This document shows positions 1 through 9,714 of a stretch of DNA of 64,000 nucleotides, one piece after another; the stretch's first letter is position 1; each line of letters starts with the position of its first letter. The translations under genes were made by a program, and so were the position numbers. The stretch comes from a bacterium (GTDB taxonomy: Bacteria > RBG-13-61-14 > DATKZS01): NCBI GenBank assembly GCA_963674965.2, contig CAXXFL010000002.1, forward strand, positions 704,686 through 768,685, written 5' to 3'. The notes beneath the pieces were generated by a model, which worked only from the letters and a program-made list of their open reading frames with translations, searched no databases and was not told the DNA's origin.

Positions 1-723
1 CTTAAGATCGAGATACTGGCTTTCCGGGAAACCCTGGACAAGGACGGCGGAACCACTTTAAAGGCCGATGAATCCAAGGACGAGCTTGAGGCCCTGGGCA
101 AGACCCTGGCCAACGACCCGGCCCTTCTTCGGGCCAAGGCCCACGTCTTTTTAAACTTTAAAACCACGATCGCCGCCAGGAAGCTCTTGGAGGATTACGA
201 GGGTGCCAACCCGAGAGACGCCATCGCCTCTTATCTGATCGGCATGACCTATCTGCACCAGCCCAGTCCCGACCTGGAGTCGGCCGAGAAATTTCTTAAA
301 AAAGCCGTCGAGACGGAACCGGACCTGATACGGGCCTATTGGGAACTGGCAGGTATCTACCGCCGGACCGGGCGCCAGGACGAGGCCATCAACATGTACA
401 CTGAAGTGCTGACCCGCTCGCCCAAAAGGGCCGGGACGGCCAAGGCCATGGAGGAGACCGAGCGTGAGAAAAGCGGCCCTCCACCTGCCACCAAACCGGA
501 AAAGCCGGGAGAAGAGATAGTAATCGACGTGAAGCCGGCGAAACCGGAAAAGAAGTCCAAGGGCATCAAGGGAACGGGAGAAGCGATCACGGAGGTACTG
601 CTCGACTCCATCATCGAGGTCGAGCCGCAATTACGGCGGATCAAGCCCTTGTCCACCAGCCCAACTTCGGGCACGCCCATTAAAAAAACCCTTCCCCCTC
701 CGCCGGAGGAGGCCCCAAGATAA
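1..723 (+). CDS. TPR-repeat protein, 5' truncated by the window edge
   Basis: Frame 1 is open from base 1 to TAA at 721-723; TPR-like helices (ASYLIGMTY, AYWELAGIYRRTG, AINMYTEVL); Pro/Lys-rich tail. Confidence 0.75.
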   Translation, partial: LKIEILAFRETLDKDGGTTLKADESKDELEALGKTLANDPALLRAKAHVFLNFKTTIAARKLLEDYEGANPRDAIASYLIGMTYLHQPSPDLESAEKFLKKAVETEPDLIRAYWELAGIYRRTGRQDEAINMYTEVLTRSPKRAGTAKAMEETEREKSGPPPATKPEKPGEEIVIDVKPAKPEKKSKGIKGTGEAITEVLLDSIIEVEPQLRRIKPLSTSPTSGTPIKKTLPPPPEEAPR

Positions 724-738
724 TAGGCTAAATCGGCT

Positions 739-2736
739 CTACGACCCCTCCCGGATTGTCTCGGCGTACTCCGAAAGTCCCAGTCTCATAAGACTGGTTA
801 TAAGGGGCGAGCCGTCTTTGTCCCATCCCATTTCCCGGGTGAAATTTTCGCTCAGTTCCTGGAGAGGAACGCTCGCTCCCTTCAGCGGCCCCGACCGGAG
901 GGGAGGTCTTCCCAGCGCCCTGTCCGGAGGTCTGAAATCCCGCGCGGGAATCTTCCCATGGCGGACGTTGAAGATTTGCCGGGCGTGCTGGATTCGATGG
1001 CCTATATCGAGATATTCCTCGGGTTGCCTGTCCCATCCCGCGGCCGCGTTAATATACTCGATCAGCGGATAGGCGTCTCCAAACTCGGCGGCGAAAAGGC
1101 AAACGCCGCAGCCGTTGACGACCTGCATGAATTTCGAGGCGGCGGCGAGCAGTATCTCGCGGTCCTTGGTCACGTATCGCGACGACTTCCTGTAGACCAT
1201 GTCCACGGGGGGCAGGGACTTGAAGGTCTTATGCAGTTGGAAAAGCTCGAGAAAGAGGTAGGAATAGTTGGTGTGTCTTCCCGGCGTCGGCTCCATGTAA
1301 TAGGCCACGCCCAGTCCGGGGTCCAGTCTCGAGTCGTGCATGGGCAGGTCCTGTCCGCCCGCGTGCATGGCCCACTCGGCTCCCGCGCCTATCCGCCGGG
1401 CCGCCATGGCCGAGCCGTCGGCCAGTACCTCCCCTATTCCCTCCCGCCTGATCATCTTTTCCACCAGCTTTACCACCGCCTTCGAGTCGCCCCATTTCAG
1501 GTCCACGCCGTCCAGGTCGTCCAGGGTAAGGACGCCCCTTTCCCGGCACTCCATGGCGAAGGCCGCGGCCGATCCCGCGGAAATGGTATCCATGCCCGCT
1601 CGGTTTAGCATGTCGTTAATAAGGAAGATCGAGTCGAGGTCGCGGTTTAGTATGAGTCCCCCAAAGGCGCCCATGGTCTCGTATTCGGGCTTGTGAGTCT
1701 CGGTCAGGTCGATGCCCGACCTTTCCCTTAAATCGAGCACGCCTCCGCATCCGATGGGACAGCTCACGCAGTTGTAACGGCTCTTCTGGAGGCCAATGAC
1801 CAGTCCCGGGTCCAGGTTGCGGGAATGGGTGGAAAGAGGATAATCGGCGGTCGAGGAACCCATCCAGTTCTTGAGCGGAGTGTCGCCCATCTCGGCCGAG
1901 ATGACGTTCGAGACAATGGTGCCGTACTTACGAAGGAAAGTCCGGGTCATTTCGGCCTCGGCCCCGAACCCGAGGGGAGACAGTCTCATGAAGCGAGCGA
2001 TAAGGCGGTTAAGAAAATTGGGTACCATCTTCCCCGCCTTGTCGCCCGCCACCGCCCAGCGGGCGAACTCTCGTGAAAGACCTTTGATCCGTTCGGGGTC
2101 GTGAGTCTCGATTCGTTCCTTGCCCGACAAGGCCACGGCCTTGAGGTTCTTCGAGCCCATCACCGCGCCCAGACCCGAGCGGGCGGCGATCCTCGCGCCA
2201 TCCGTGACTATGCCGGAGATGAGCGACAGGCGCTCCCCCGCCGGCCCGATACAGGCGACCCGCGTCCGGCCGCCGGAGTCATCCATGATCCTTTTTTCCG
2301 TCTCGACCGTGTCCAGTCCCCATAAATGGGAGGCGTCCTTTAACTCGGCCTTGCCCTCCCCGATGGAAAGATATACCGGACTCTCGGCAGCGCCCTTGAA
2401 AAATATCGCGTCGTAGCCGCATTTCTTGATGGAGGGAGAAAACCTGCCTCCCCCGTTGGCGTCGCCCCATCCTCCGGTAAGCGGAGATTTCCCCATGGCC
2501 ATCCAGCGGCCGGACATGGCGGCCCCCGTTCCGGTAAGAAGACCGGAGGCCAGTCCCAGCACGTTGTCGGGCCCCAAAGGGTCGGCCCCCGCCGGAATCT
2601 CCCGGTTCAGAATCCAAGCTCCAAGCCCCACGCCGGAGAGGAAGCGCTCGTAAACCTTGTCCTCAATTTCCTCCTCGGCAAGGCTTTGGGCGGTCAAGTC
2701 CACCCAGAGCACTTTGCCCATGTACCCTTTTCTCAT
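739..2736 (-). CDS. aor: Aldehyde:ferredoxin oxidoreductase family (W/Mo-pterin)
   Basis: GYMGKVLWVDL start, GADPLGPDN, KSPLTGG, CIGPAGE, ARSGLGAVMGSKNLKA, CxxCxxxC (CVSCPIGC), PEYET, GMDTISAG. Confidence 0.93.
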   Translation of the reverse strand: MRKGYMGKVLWVDLTAQSLAEEEIEDKVYERFLSGVGLGAWILNREIPAGADPLGPDNVLGLASGLLTGTGAAMSGRWMAMGKSPLTGGWGDANGGGRFSPSIKKCGYDAIFFKGAAESPVYLSIGEGKAELKDASHLWGLDTVETEKRIMDDSGGRTRVACIGPAGERLSLISGIVTDGARIAARSGLGAVMGSKNLKAVALSGKERIETHDPERIKGLSREFARWAVAGDKAGKMVPNFLNRLIARFMRLSPLGFGAEAEMTRTFLRKYGTIVSNVISAEMGDTPLKNWMGSSTADYPLSTHSRNLDPGLVIGLQKSRYNCVSCPIGCGGVLDLRERSGIDLTETHKPEYETMGAFGGLILNRDLDSIFLINDMLNRAGMDTISAGSAAAFAMECRERGVLTLDDLDGVDLKWGDSKAVVKLVEKMIRREGIGEVLADGSAMAARRIGAGAEWAMHAGGQDLPMHDSRLDPGLGVAYYMEPTPGRHTNYSYLFLELFQLHKTFKSLPPVDMVYRKSSRYVTKDREILLAAASKFMQVVNGCGVCLFAAEFGDAYPLIEYINAAAGWDRQPEEYLDIGHRIQHARQIFNVRHGKIPARDFRPPDRALGRPPLRSGPLKGASVPLQELSENFTREMGWDKDGSPLITSLMRLGLSEYAETIREGS

Positions 2737-2850
2737 GGCGGATTTCCTTTTATTACCGTGTGCCCCGGATGGCCGTAATAACGGGTCGGTTCCTTGGGGT
2801 CCTTAAAAAATCCAGCGTTATAGGTCGCGCTTTTTTTACGGCGTTTACGG

Positions 2851-3654
2851 TTACGGCTCGGCGCCTTCCGTGCCCGGAGCGGCGGATGCGTTTGATTTTT
2901 TCAGCTCGAGGTATCGAAGGTTGGTGATGGCGTCTTCATAGCCGGGCCGGTAGCGGAGGGCCTTCTCATAGGCGCTTTTGGCCTCGGCCTTCCTGCCCTG
3001 CATCATCATAAGGTTGCCCAGGTCGTTAAGGGCCTCGGCGTATCCGGGGCGCAGTTCGAGGGCCTTTTCCAGACTCTTCTCGGCCTTGTCCATCATGCCT
3101 TTCTCGGTGTAAATGAAAGCGAGGTTCTTATAGGCCTCGGGCTCGTTGGCGGAAAGCTCGACAATCTGGTTGAAAAGCTCCTCGGCCCCGTCCAGGTCCC
3201 TTTCCAGAAGATATTGATAGCCAAGCTGGTATAACGAAAGCAAATGGGCCGGGTCGGCCGCCTTGGCCTTCTCGAAGTATTTTTTGGACTCCCGATTCTC
3301 GCCTTGCCGGACCGCCATTCGTCCGGCCTCGAACAAGGGCTCGGGGTTGGCTGGCTCCAGATCGGAGGCCCTCTCGAAGCTTTCCCGCGCCCGGCCGTAG
3401 TCGCCCTCCTTCTCCAACACCCGCCCCAGGGAAAAGTGAAGCTTCGGGTCGTCGGGGGCCAGGTCTATTGCCTTCTCCAACTTGACCTCGGCCTCGAAGG
3501 TTTTGCCTTCCTCCACGAGCGTGACCGATTGTCCGTGAAGCGACTCGGCAAGCTTCATCTTTCTGTAATCGGAAAAGTAAATCCAAATAAAGGAAATTAC
3601 AATCATCGTGGCCAAGCCGAGAAAGACCAGACTCAACCGCCGCCGCTCGATCAT
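2851..3654 (-). CDS. Membrane-anchored TPR protein
   Basis: N-terminal hydrophobic helix followed by about six TPR repeats; start overlaps the upstream stop (ATGA at 3651-3654). Confidence 0.85.
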   Translation of the reverse strand: MIERRRLSLVFLGLATMIVISFIWIYFSDYRKMKLAESLHGQSVTLVEEGKTFEAEVKLEKAIDLAPDDPKLHFSLGRVLEKEGDYGRARESFERASDLEPANPEPLFEAGRMAVRQGENRESKKYFEKAKAADPAHLLSLYQLGYQYLLERDLDGAEELFNQIVELSANEPEAYKNLAFIYTEKGMMDKAEKSLEKALELRPGYAEALNDLGNLMMMQGRKAEAKSAYEKALRYRPGYEDAITNLRYLELKKSNASAAPGTEGAEP

Positions 3655-6176
3655 TTTTTATCCTTCTTTCCCTGGCGTTCCTTCAGCATGTCCTTCAAGC
3701 CATCCAGCACGCTGGCCATGCCCTGAACCTGGTTCTCGATCTGGTTGATCCGCTCCATCAGCTCTTTGGTGTCCTCATCCTCGGCGGCCTGGAGGATTTC
3801 TCTTTCCTCCTCCTCGCTCAGCTCGGAGGGGGGCGCGTCATCGGATATAGCCGCCTCGACCTCGGGAGCGGGTTCTTCTTCCTCGGCTGGCGCCTCCGGT
3901 CCCGAGGAAGGCTCCGCTAATTCTGTCTCCTCGGACGGTCCCGGAGGGGCGGCTTCCCGTTCCCCGGCGGGCACATCATCGGGAGGCTCGGGTTCGGCCA
4001 GATTAAAGGAAGGAACTGACAGAGCGCCTTCGTCCGGCTCGATCTGGACTTCCGATTGAGACGCCTCGAGCAGTTCGTCAAGGGTAAGGGAACCGCTTGT
4101 CTCCTCGGCCTCCGGTTCCTCGGACGAGACGGGAGGTCCTTCATCGGACTCGGCCGCCGAGTTTAAAAGCTCGTCCAGCGTGGTCGAGAGGGATGGCTCC
4201 GCGAAATCGGGCGTCTCCTCCGACGTTTCGATGGACTCGGACCCTTCCGGTTCCTCAGGGGCCTCGAGAATCCTTTCCAGTTCGGCCACCGTCTCGTCCT
4301 CTTCCTGGGCCGTCCTGTCAATGAGGGTGGGAGGATCGATATATTCCGGCTCCTCCTGGGCGCTTGCATCAGGAGGTGGAGGAACGAGCACCTCGGGAGG
4401 GCCTTCCTCGACCGAGACCTCGTCTGTGAGCATATCCAGATCGGGGGGTTCCAGGTCGGCTGGAGGAGATGCCTCCGCGGGCCCTTCCTGGGATGGAAGC
4501 TCGAGTTCCGGGGCCTCCAGTATCTCGTCAAGGGGCGGCGCCTCCAGAGGCGGGGCCTCATAGGGCGCCTCCGCGGGGGACGGATCGAAGGTCCCGGGCC
4601 CCTCGCCGGCGTCCGGCGCGGGAGGAATAATCGGCAATGTATCCTCCAGGTCCGCGTCGTCGTCAGGCGGGGCCTGGAGCGGAGCGGGGTCCAGCCCTAT
4701 GGCCTCGGTCTGCATCTCCATAGGGATAGGGGCGGCTTCCTCCGCCTCCGGCCCATCGGTGGCGGATGGAAAGACCTCGTCCAGGTCCATCATGTCCACC
4801 TGGTCGTCCGAGGATTCCTGGGCCGTTATCTCGGCCGCGGACTCGTGGGCCGACTCGAGCCATGACTCGGGCGGCTCCTCTTCTTGTTCCGGTTCCGGGG
4901 CCGGCTCTTCCTCGATCGATCCGGGTGACTCCTCGACCATCAGGCCGGGTACCTCCTCGCCAAGCGACCCGTCAAAGGTCGCCTCGGGAGGCGGGACTTC
5001 CTCGAGCGGCGGGGCCGTTTCAGCTTCCACGAGGTCCATGGCGGATTCCGCCGGGGTTTCCTCCGTTACCAGCCCGGGAGGGGGAAGATCGGGTGGAAGT
5101 TCCTCACCCTGGTCGGGGATTTCAAGAGGAGGGGCCTCGAGGGTATCGACCAGTTCCGACTCGAGAACGTCCTCATCCTCGACCAGGTCCAGGCCTTGCC
5201 CAGGGTCATCGATGGGCGCGGCCGCCTCCTCTGGCTCGGCCGGCTCGTCAAAGGGAGGAAGATCGGGGGCCTCGATAACCGGTCCCGATTCGAAAGACGG
5301 CGCCTCCTCCATGGGCGGGGCTTCCTCCATAAGGGGCAGTTCCTCCATGGGAGGCATTTCCTCAGCCAGGCCCGGCGCCTGGTCGTCCTCCTCGAGGGAC
5401 AGGCCCAAGTCGTCGCCCTCGAGCGAGACGACCTCCTCGATAACGCCGGGCGATGGCGGGGCCTCGAGGCTCTCGAGTTCGGACACGTCAAGCGGTATCT
5501 CGACGTTGATTTCCTCCTCGAGGGGGGCCGCCTCGGGCTCGGCCAATTCGTCGGGAAGGGCGAAGTCCTCGTCGGGCAAAGCCAGGTCGTCGTCAACGGA
5601 AACAAGCTCGTCATCGACTATGTCGATGGATTCACCCGTGTTAACGTAAGACACGACGGCGGCGGCGGGTTCGTGCTCGACGGGCTGAATGTCCCCGTTC
5701 TGGTCCCTTACGAAGGCTTTCTTGACCGGCTGGACCGCGCCCACGGGGGTCCTTTCCGGCACCTTCCTGAGTTTGACCTCGATGCTGGTGGGCGTGGCCA
5801 GCTTGAGCGTGGCCGGCGCGCCCAGGACGTTGGCAAGGCTTTGCGAAAGGTTTGGTCTTTCCGGCTCCGAGCATGCCACCACGTATTGAGAGCCGTCAAA
5901 CTCGATGGGCATGGCCAGCCATTCCCTTACGAAATCCTTGTTGATTTTTTTCAGCAATTCATGGGGAATTTCAAGGCGTCGAAGGTCCACGAACTCCATC
6001 TCGAGCTGCTCGGCAAGGACTTCATATAGCTGATCTTCCTCGAGGTAGCCCAACTCGATAAGGCTTTCGCCCAGTTTCGTCTTCCATTTGCGCTGGTAAC
6101 TAAGCGCGGCGTAGAGCTGGAATTCGGTGATGATACCCTTTTCCTCGAGCATTGCCCCGATTTTTTTTCTCGCCAT
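3651..6176 (-). CDS. MshEN (GspE/PilB N-terminal) domain protein with a very long acidic Pro-rich region and C-terminal coiled coil; no ATPase domain
   Basis: Tandem MshEN-like motifs KIGAMLEEKGIITEFQLYAALSYQ and KLGESLIELGYLEEDQLYEVLAEQ; E/D/P-rich tract; heptad-like C-terminus; no Walker A. Confidence 0.8.
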   Translation of the reverse strand: MARKKIGAMLEEKGIITEFQLYAALSYQRKWKTKLGESLIELGYLEEDQLYEVLAEQLEMEFVDLRRLEIPHELLKKINKDFVREWLAMPIEFDGSQYVVACSEPERPNLSQSLANVLGAPATLKLATPTSIEVKLRKVPERTPVGAVQPVKKAFVRDQNGDIQPVEHEPAAAVVSYVNTGESIDIVDDELVSVDDDLALPDEDFALPDELAEPEAAPLEEEINVEIPLDVSELESLEAPPSPGVIEEVVSLEGDDLGLSLEEDDQAPGLAEEMPPMEELPLMEEAPPMEEAPSFESGPVIEAPDLPPFDEPAEPEEAAAPIDDPGQGLDLVEDEDVLESELVDTLEAPPLEIPDQGEELPPDLPPPGLVTEETPAESAMDLVEAETAPPLEEVPPPEATFDGSLGEEVPGLMVEESPGSIEEEPAPEPEQEEEPPESWLESAHESAAEITAQESSDDQVDMMDLDEVFPSATDGPEAEEAAPIPMEMQTEAIGLDPAPLQAPPDDDADLEDTLPIIPPAPDAGEGPGTFDPSPAEAPYEAPPLEAPPLDEILEAPELELPSQEGPAEASPPADLEPPDLDMLTDEVSVEEGPPEVLVPPPPDASAQEEPEYIDPPTLIDRTAQEEDETVAELERILEAPEEPEGSESIETSEETPDFAEPSLSTTLDELLNSAAESDEGPPVSSEEPEAEETSGSLTLDELLEASQSEVQIEPDEGALSVPSFNLAEPEPPDDVPAGEREAAPPGPSEETELAEPSSGPEAPAEEEEPAPEVEAAISDDAPPSELSEEEEREILQAAEDEDTKELMERINQIENQVQGMASVLDGLKDMLKERQGKKDKK
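5301..5363 (-). repeat. Intragenic 18-nt degenerate tandem repeat (EEMPPM/EELPLM/EEAPPM/EEAP)
   Basis: tcctccat recurs at 18-nt spacing on the + strand. Confidence 0.7.
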
Positions 6177-6428
6177 CTCACATAGCTCCTTGTCAACTTC
6201 AGCGAACCGAACGGCGGTTTAACGAACGCGGGAGCGATATCCTTTAACGCGCGAGATAAAGCGCGGCCCTCCCTATTTGTATAAAGCCTGGCCCAAGGCC
6301 ATCGGCCTGGCCGACGTAATATTTCCTCAACCATACACTTTAGCACTTTGGCGCGTAAATATCAAAGTTAAAAAAGAAAAAACATTCAAAGCCGATCAGT
6401 CCCGAAACCTTTTGGCCCAGGCAAAGGA

Positions 6429-7835
6429 TTAATGGGAATTGTTTTTCCTGACGGGAATTAATATTTTAAAAAGGCTGCCTTTGCCGGGACGGGATGAAAA
6501 CTCGATCCTGCCGCCGTGCAGTTTCGCGGCCCTCTGGGCGATGGCCAGCCCCATGCCCGCTCCGGGCGAGTAAGCGGCCGCCTCTTCCAGCCGGTAAAAG
6601 GGGCGGTAAATCTTGTCCTTTTCCTCCGCCGGTATCCCGACGCCCTCATCGGACACCTCGACGCTGATCCACTCGCCCTGCCAGTCGCGAGTAAGTTTGA
6701 ACAGAACGTCCGAGTCCGGGTCCGAGTAGCGGATGGCGTTGTCAAGCACGTTGCCGACCGCCCTGAACAAGGACCAGTAATCGCCCGAGACCTTGGGCAC
6801 GTTGGCGGCTATCTCGATTTTAAGCTTTATATCTCTCATGGCCGCGTGGGGCTGAATACGCAGCGCCACGGCCCGGCACAGGGCGGCAAGGTCAACCTCT
6901 TTGGAAAGAGGCCCCCTTTCGAGCATGTCCAGCCTGGCGTTCTCCGCCATGTCCTCGATGAGGTCGAGGATGATCTCCGCGTCGTCGCGCACCTTGAAGA
7001 GGTTTTCCATGTCGCCGGAAGGTATCCACTGGTGGCCGTCATTCAGATAGTCGTCGCAGATTTTGCGTATTTCCTTAAGGGGGACCCGGACGCTGTCCGC
7101 CGCCTTCGCGAGCAGGTCGTTCCTGGCCTTCTCCGTCTCGAGCATCTCCTGGTTGACCGCCTCGCACGACTCCCTTCTCCGGTCGATCTCCGAGGTAAGG
7201 AGTAACAGTCTCTTCTCAGCGGCGCGCAGGTTCCAGCCGATGGTCGCGCCCATATAGGCCGTGACTCCCACCATGGTGACGAAGATGTAGGAAAGGCCGA
7301 AGACGTAGGTCCGGTTATGCCTGACTTCATCGGGCAAAAAGCCCTCGAGTCCGAAATAAGCGGGGATCAAATCGGCGAAGTCGGCCCAGAAAAGGGTCAG
7401 GCAAGCCAGACAGATAAGGGCCGAGACCACCAGCATGTTGCGGGGCGGAAGCAGGATCGAGCCGATGGCGATGTGGAATACGACGTAGAAAATAAAGAGG
7501 TTGAGCACGCCTCCCGTGAAGGCCACGAGAAGGACGAGGACGAGGAAATCCAGGCCGATCTGAACGTTGGCGTCGATGAGAAGGCGCCTTGAGTCCCATT
7601 CGCGGCCTCTCCGGTGGAGGGTGAAATCTATGGCCAGGTTGTAAAGGAAAATAAAGACGACCACGCCGTAGAGCGGCGGCTTGTGATAGGACACGCCGGC
7701 GATACGGTCGGCGAGCATGACCGTGGCCAGAATGCCCAGCCCGGCCAGCCAGCGAACCTTCACCATCCATCGCAGGCGCTGGTCCAAGGCCTGATCGAAT
7801 GGAGCGGGGTGTGGAAACATCTTTGCCCGCTTCAA
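6429..7835 (-). CDS. Membrane sensor histidine kinase-like protein with a degenerate H-box
   Basis: About six TM helices; N box NVLDNAIRYS, G1 DEGVGI, F box PFYR, G2 GAGMGLAIA; H-box position reads AADSVRVPL; TTG start after GGGAGG. Confidence 0.85.
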   Translation of the reverse strand: MKRAKMFPHPAPFDQALDQRLRWMVKVRWLAGLGILATVMLADRIAGVSYHKPPLYGVVVFIFLYNLAIDFTLHRRGREWDSRRLLIDANVQIGLDFLVLVLLVAFTGGVLNLFIFYVVFHIAIGSILLPPRNMLVVSALICLACLTLFWADFADLIPAYFGLEGFLPDEVRHNRTYVFGLSYIFVTMVGVTAYMGATIGWNLRAAEKRLLLLTSEIDRRRESCEAVNQEMLETEKARNDLLAKAADSVRVPLKEIRKICDDYLNDGHQWIPSGDMENLFKVRDDAEIILDLIEDMAENARLDMLERGPLSKEVDLAALCRAVALRIQPHAAMRDIKLKIEIAANVPKVSGDYWSLFRAVGNVLDNAIRYSDPDSDVLFKLTRDWQGEWISVEVSDEGVGIPAEEKDKIYRPFYRLEEAAAYSPGAGMGLAIAQRAAKLHGGRIEFSSRPGKGSLFKILIPVRKNNSH

Positions 7836-7998
7836 TTACCGCCCTCCCCAAAAGTGGAATTGAATAATTTTCCCACGATTGGGCCGGCCCGTCAATGAAG
7901 AGTTGGCAAAGGAGGACCAGAGCGAGGGGAGCGTTTCATGTCTTCCCCTTTATCGGCGGGACAAGGCGGAAAAAGGAGGCAAATAAATCGCTCGGCGG

Positions 7999-8448
7999 TC
8001 AGGGGTTTTCCGGCTCGGGATCGGCCCCGGCCGAGTCGGAGCGGAAGTCATCGAGATGGCTCTCGGCGTATTCCTTCGCCTTCTGGGCGTATTCCCGGTA
8101 TTGGTCGACCTTGTCGGGCATGCCGTCGCCTATCCAGGCGCTCGCGGCCTTTCCGATGCCGTAGGTCACGCCGGCGGCGAATGGTATCTGGAGGGGAGCG
8201 AAGGGGATGAGGGCAATAAGGGTCCGCCTGGCGAAGGCCCCTCCCAGTCCGACGATAAAGGTCTTGATGGCGTTGCCCGAGAGGGTCGCGCCGTGGGCCC
8301 GGCCTATGCGGGCGACCATGTAAAGGTCGTTGGCCAAAAGAGTAAGAGACCCCACGATGGGCGCCGCCGCGATCACCCCCGCCCTCACCGCGCCCCACCG
8401 GCAAAGCGACTCGACCCGCTCGTCAACGCTCTTTTCGATTGTCGTCAT
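7999..8448 (-). CDS. DUF697/YcjF-like hydrophobic protein
   Basis: AGVIAAAPI...MVARIG...LIPF...AAGVTYGIGK pattern; GGAGG upstream of the ATG at 8448. Confidence 0.6.
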   Translation of the reverse strand: MTTIEKSVDERVESLCRWGAVRAGVIAAAPIVGSLTLLANDLYMVARIGRAHGATLSGNAIKTFIVGLGGAFARRTLIALIPFAPLQIPFAAGVTYGIGKAASAWIGDGMPDKVDQYREYAQKAKEYAESHLDDFRSDSAGADPEPENP

Positions 8449-8496
8449 CACGTCCTCCCAACTTTGTTGCAGGGGCGTTGGCCACGGCGTCACTCA

Positions 8497-9435
8497 TCAC
8501 ATGGAAGTGATATGAAAAGACCAGACGTCCCGCAACTGGTTATTTTCGTCCAACAATGGCTGAGGCACGTTGAAAAAAGGGGCCGCTTTTCTAACGGCCT
8601 GAATCGCGGCGGCGTCTACTATAGGAAACCCGCACGAGTCGATAACGTCCACCGACCCTAATTTACCGTCGGCCTCGAGAACCACCATCAGTTTTGTTTC
8701 AAGTCGCGCTCCTCTCCAATTGATTTTATCCAACACCGGCTCCGGGCGCCAATAAAACCTGATCGCTCTTTTCATGCGGTTATAAAAAGAAGCGTAAGCG
8801 AAACGCATTGAGTTAAGTGAAGTGAGCGACCCTTTCGGGACATGGGGGAGATAATCGATCGAGCCGTCGTCTCCTTCCATGGCGCGATTGATATCCGCCA
8901 TGCTTACCATCAGGTCTTTTTTCTCAACGGTTTCCTTGTCAGCCTTGGCAATTATTACGGGTTCGGCGAATTTTTTGTTCTTGGTCCGCTTCGGCCTTAT
9001 TGGTTTCTCGTCTTGCTCGGGCGAATCCGATTTGATTTTGCTTCTCTGCTCGGGAGACCTATTTCTTTTGTTACTATGCCTATCAGAGCTAGCTCCGGGA
9101 GAACCCGTGCGTCCTTGGCTCGGTTTGACCGTCTCCTTCTCAGTGCGCGCGTTCCGCTCCGATAAAAATTTAGTATTATCAGGAGGCTTGGTTTCGTCAT
9201 TGGGATCATCCGGTCCCAGATCGACTATCTGTCCATTTCTAGGCATCAGTTCTGGCGGTTTATCCAGAGGTATAGGGTCGGGCTTGGAAAGATTTACCAA
9301 TTCGATAATAGTGGAATCCTCCATCTTCGCGTCCGCTTTATAGACGGGCAGAAAGTGAAGGACAAGGAGATTGAGAAGCACGGACAAAACAATGGCCGCC
9401 GTCCGGATAATCAGCTTTTCGTCGTCGTTCATCAC
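8497..9435 (-). CDS. TonB/TolA family energy transducer
   Basis: N-terminal TM with S-x5-H-like motif, charged linker, C-terminal domain DGKLGSVDVIDSCGFPIVDAAAIQAVRKAAPF. Confidence 0.8.
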   Translation of the reverse strand: MMNDDEKLIIRTAAIVLSVLLNLLVLHFLPVYKADAKMEDSTIIELVNLSKPDPIPLDKPPELMPRNGQIVDLGPDDPNDETKPPDNTKFLSERNARTEKETVKPSQGRTGSPGASSDRHSNKRNRSPEQRSKIKSDSPEQDEKPIRPKRTKNKKFAEPVIIAKADKETVEKKDLMVSMADINRAMEGDDGSIDYLPHVPKGSLTSLNSMRFAYASFYNRMKRAIRFYWRPEPVLDKINWRGARLETKLMVVLEADGKLGSVDVIDSCGFPIVDAAAIQAVRKAAPFFNVPQPLLDENNQLRDVWSFHITSM

Positions 9436-9440
9436 TCCTT

Positions 9441-9469
9441 AGAGTAAGTACAGGAGGAAAAAGTGTCAA
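9441..9469 (-). promoter_or_regulatory. Putative sigma70 promoter for the tonB-like gene
   Basis: TTGACA-17 nt-TACTCT on the minus strand, just upstream of the start codon. Confidence 0.5.
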
Positions 9470-9498
9470 TAGCGGCGCATATTCCGGGATGGCGCCGC

Positions 9499-9681
9499 CC
9501 CGGGCGCGAGCGTTTTCAGGGGTTATCGCCACGCCCGTCCTCGCGACTTTATCTCTTTGCCGGTCTTCGCCATCTTGTCGATCCACCTATCCGGCTTCGC
9601 CGGACCCGGACGGTTTTTGCAAAACCGGCCGGGCCACCCCCGCTGGCAAGTTGTCCCGGGCGCGAGCGTTTCAGGGCTTAT
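9499..9681. repeat. Two-copy 27-28 bp direct repeat
   Basis: CCCGGGCGCGAGCGTTTTCAGGGGTTAT (9499-9526) and CCCGGGCGCGAGCGTTTCAGGGCTTAT (9655-9681). Confidence 0.85.
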
Positions 9682-9714
9682 TTTCACGGTGTCGGTCTTT
9701 TTTCCCAGTCCCCC

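Noticed and set aside
2740..2850. TTATTAC...GTAATAA inverted repeat upstream of aor, considered as a Moco/Wco riboswitch
   Set aside because: Too short and lacking the multi-stem architecture; at most a weak operator or hairpin
9499..9681. Direct repeats considered as a mini CRISPR array
   Set aside because: Only two copies, a spacer of about 128 bp and no cas genes
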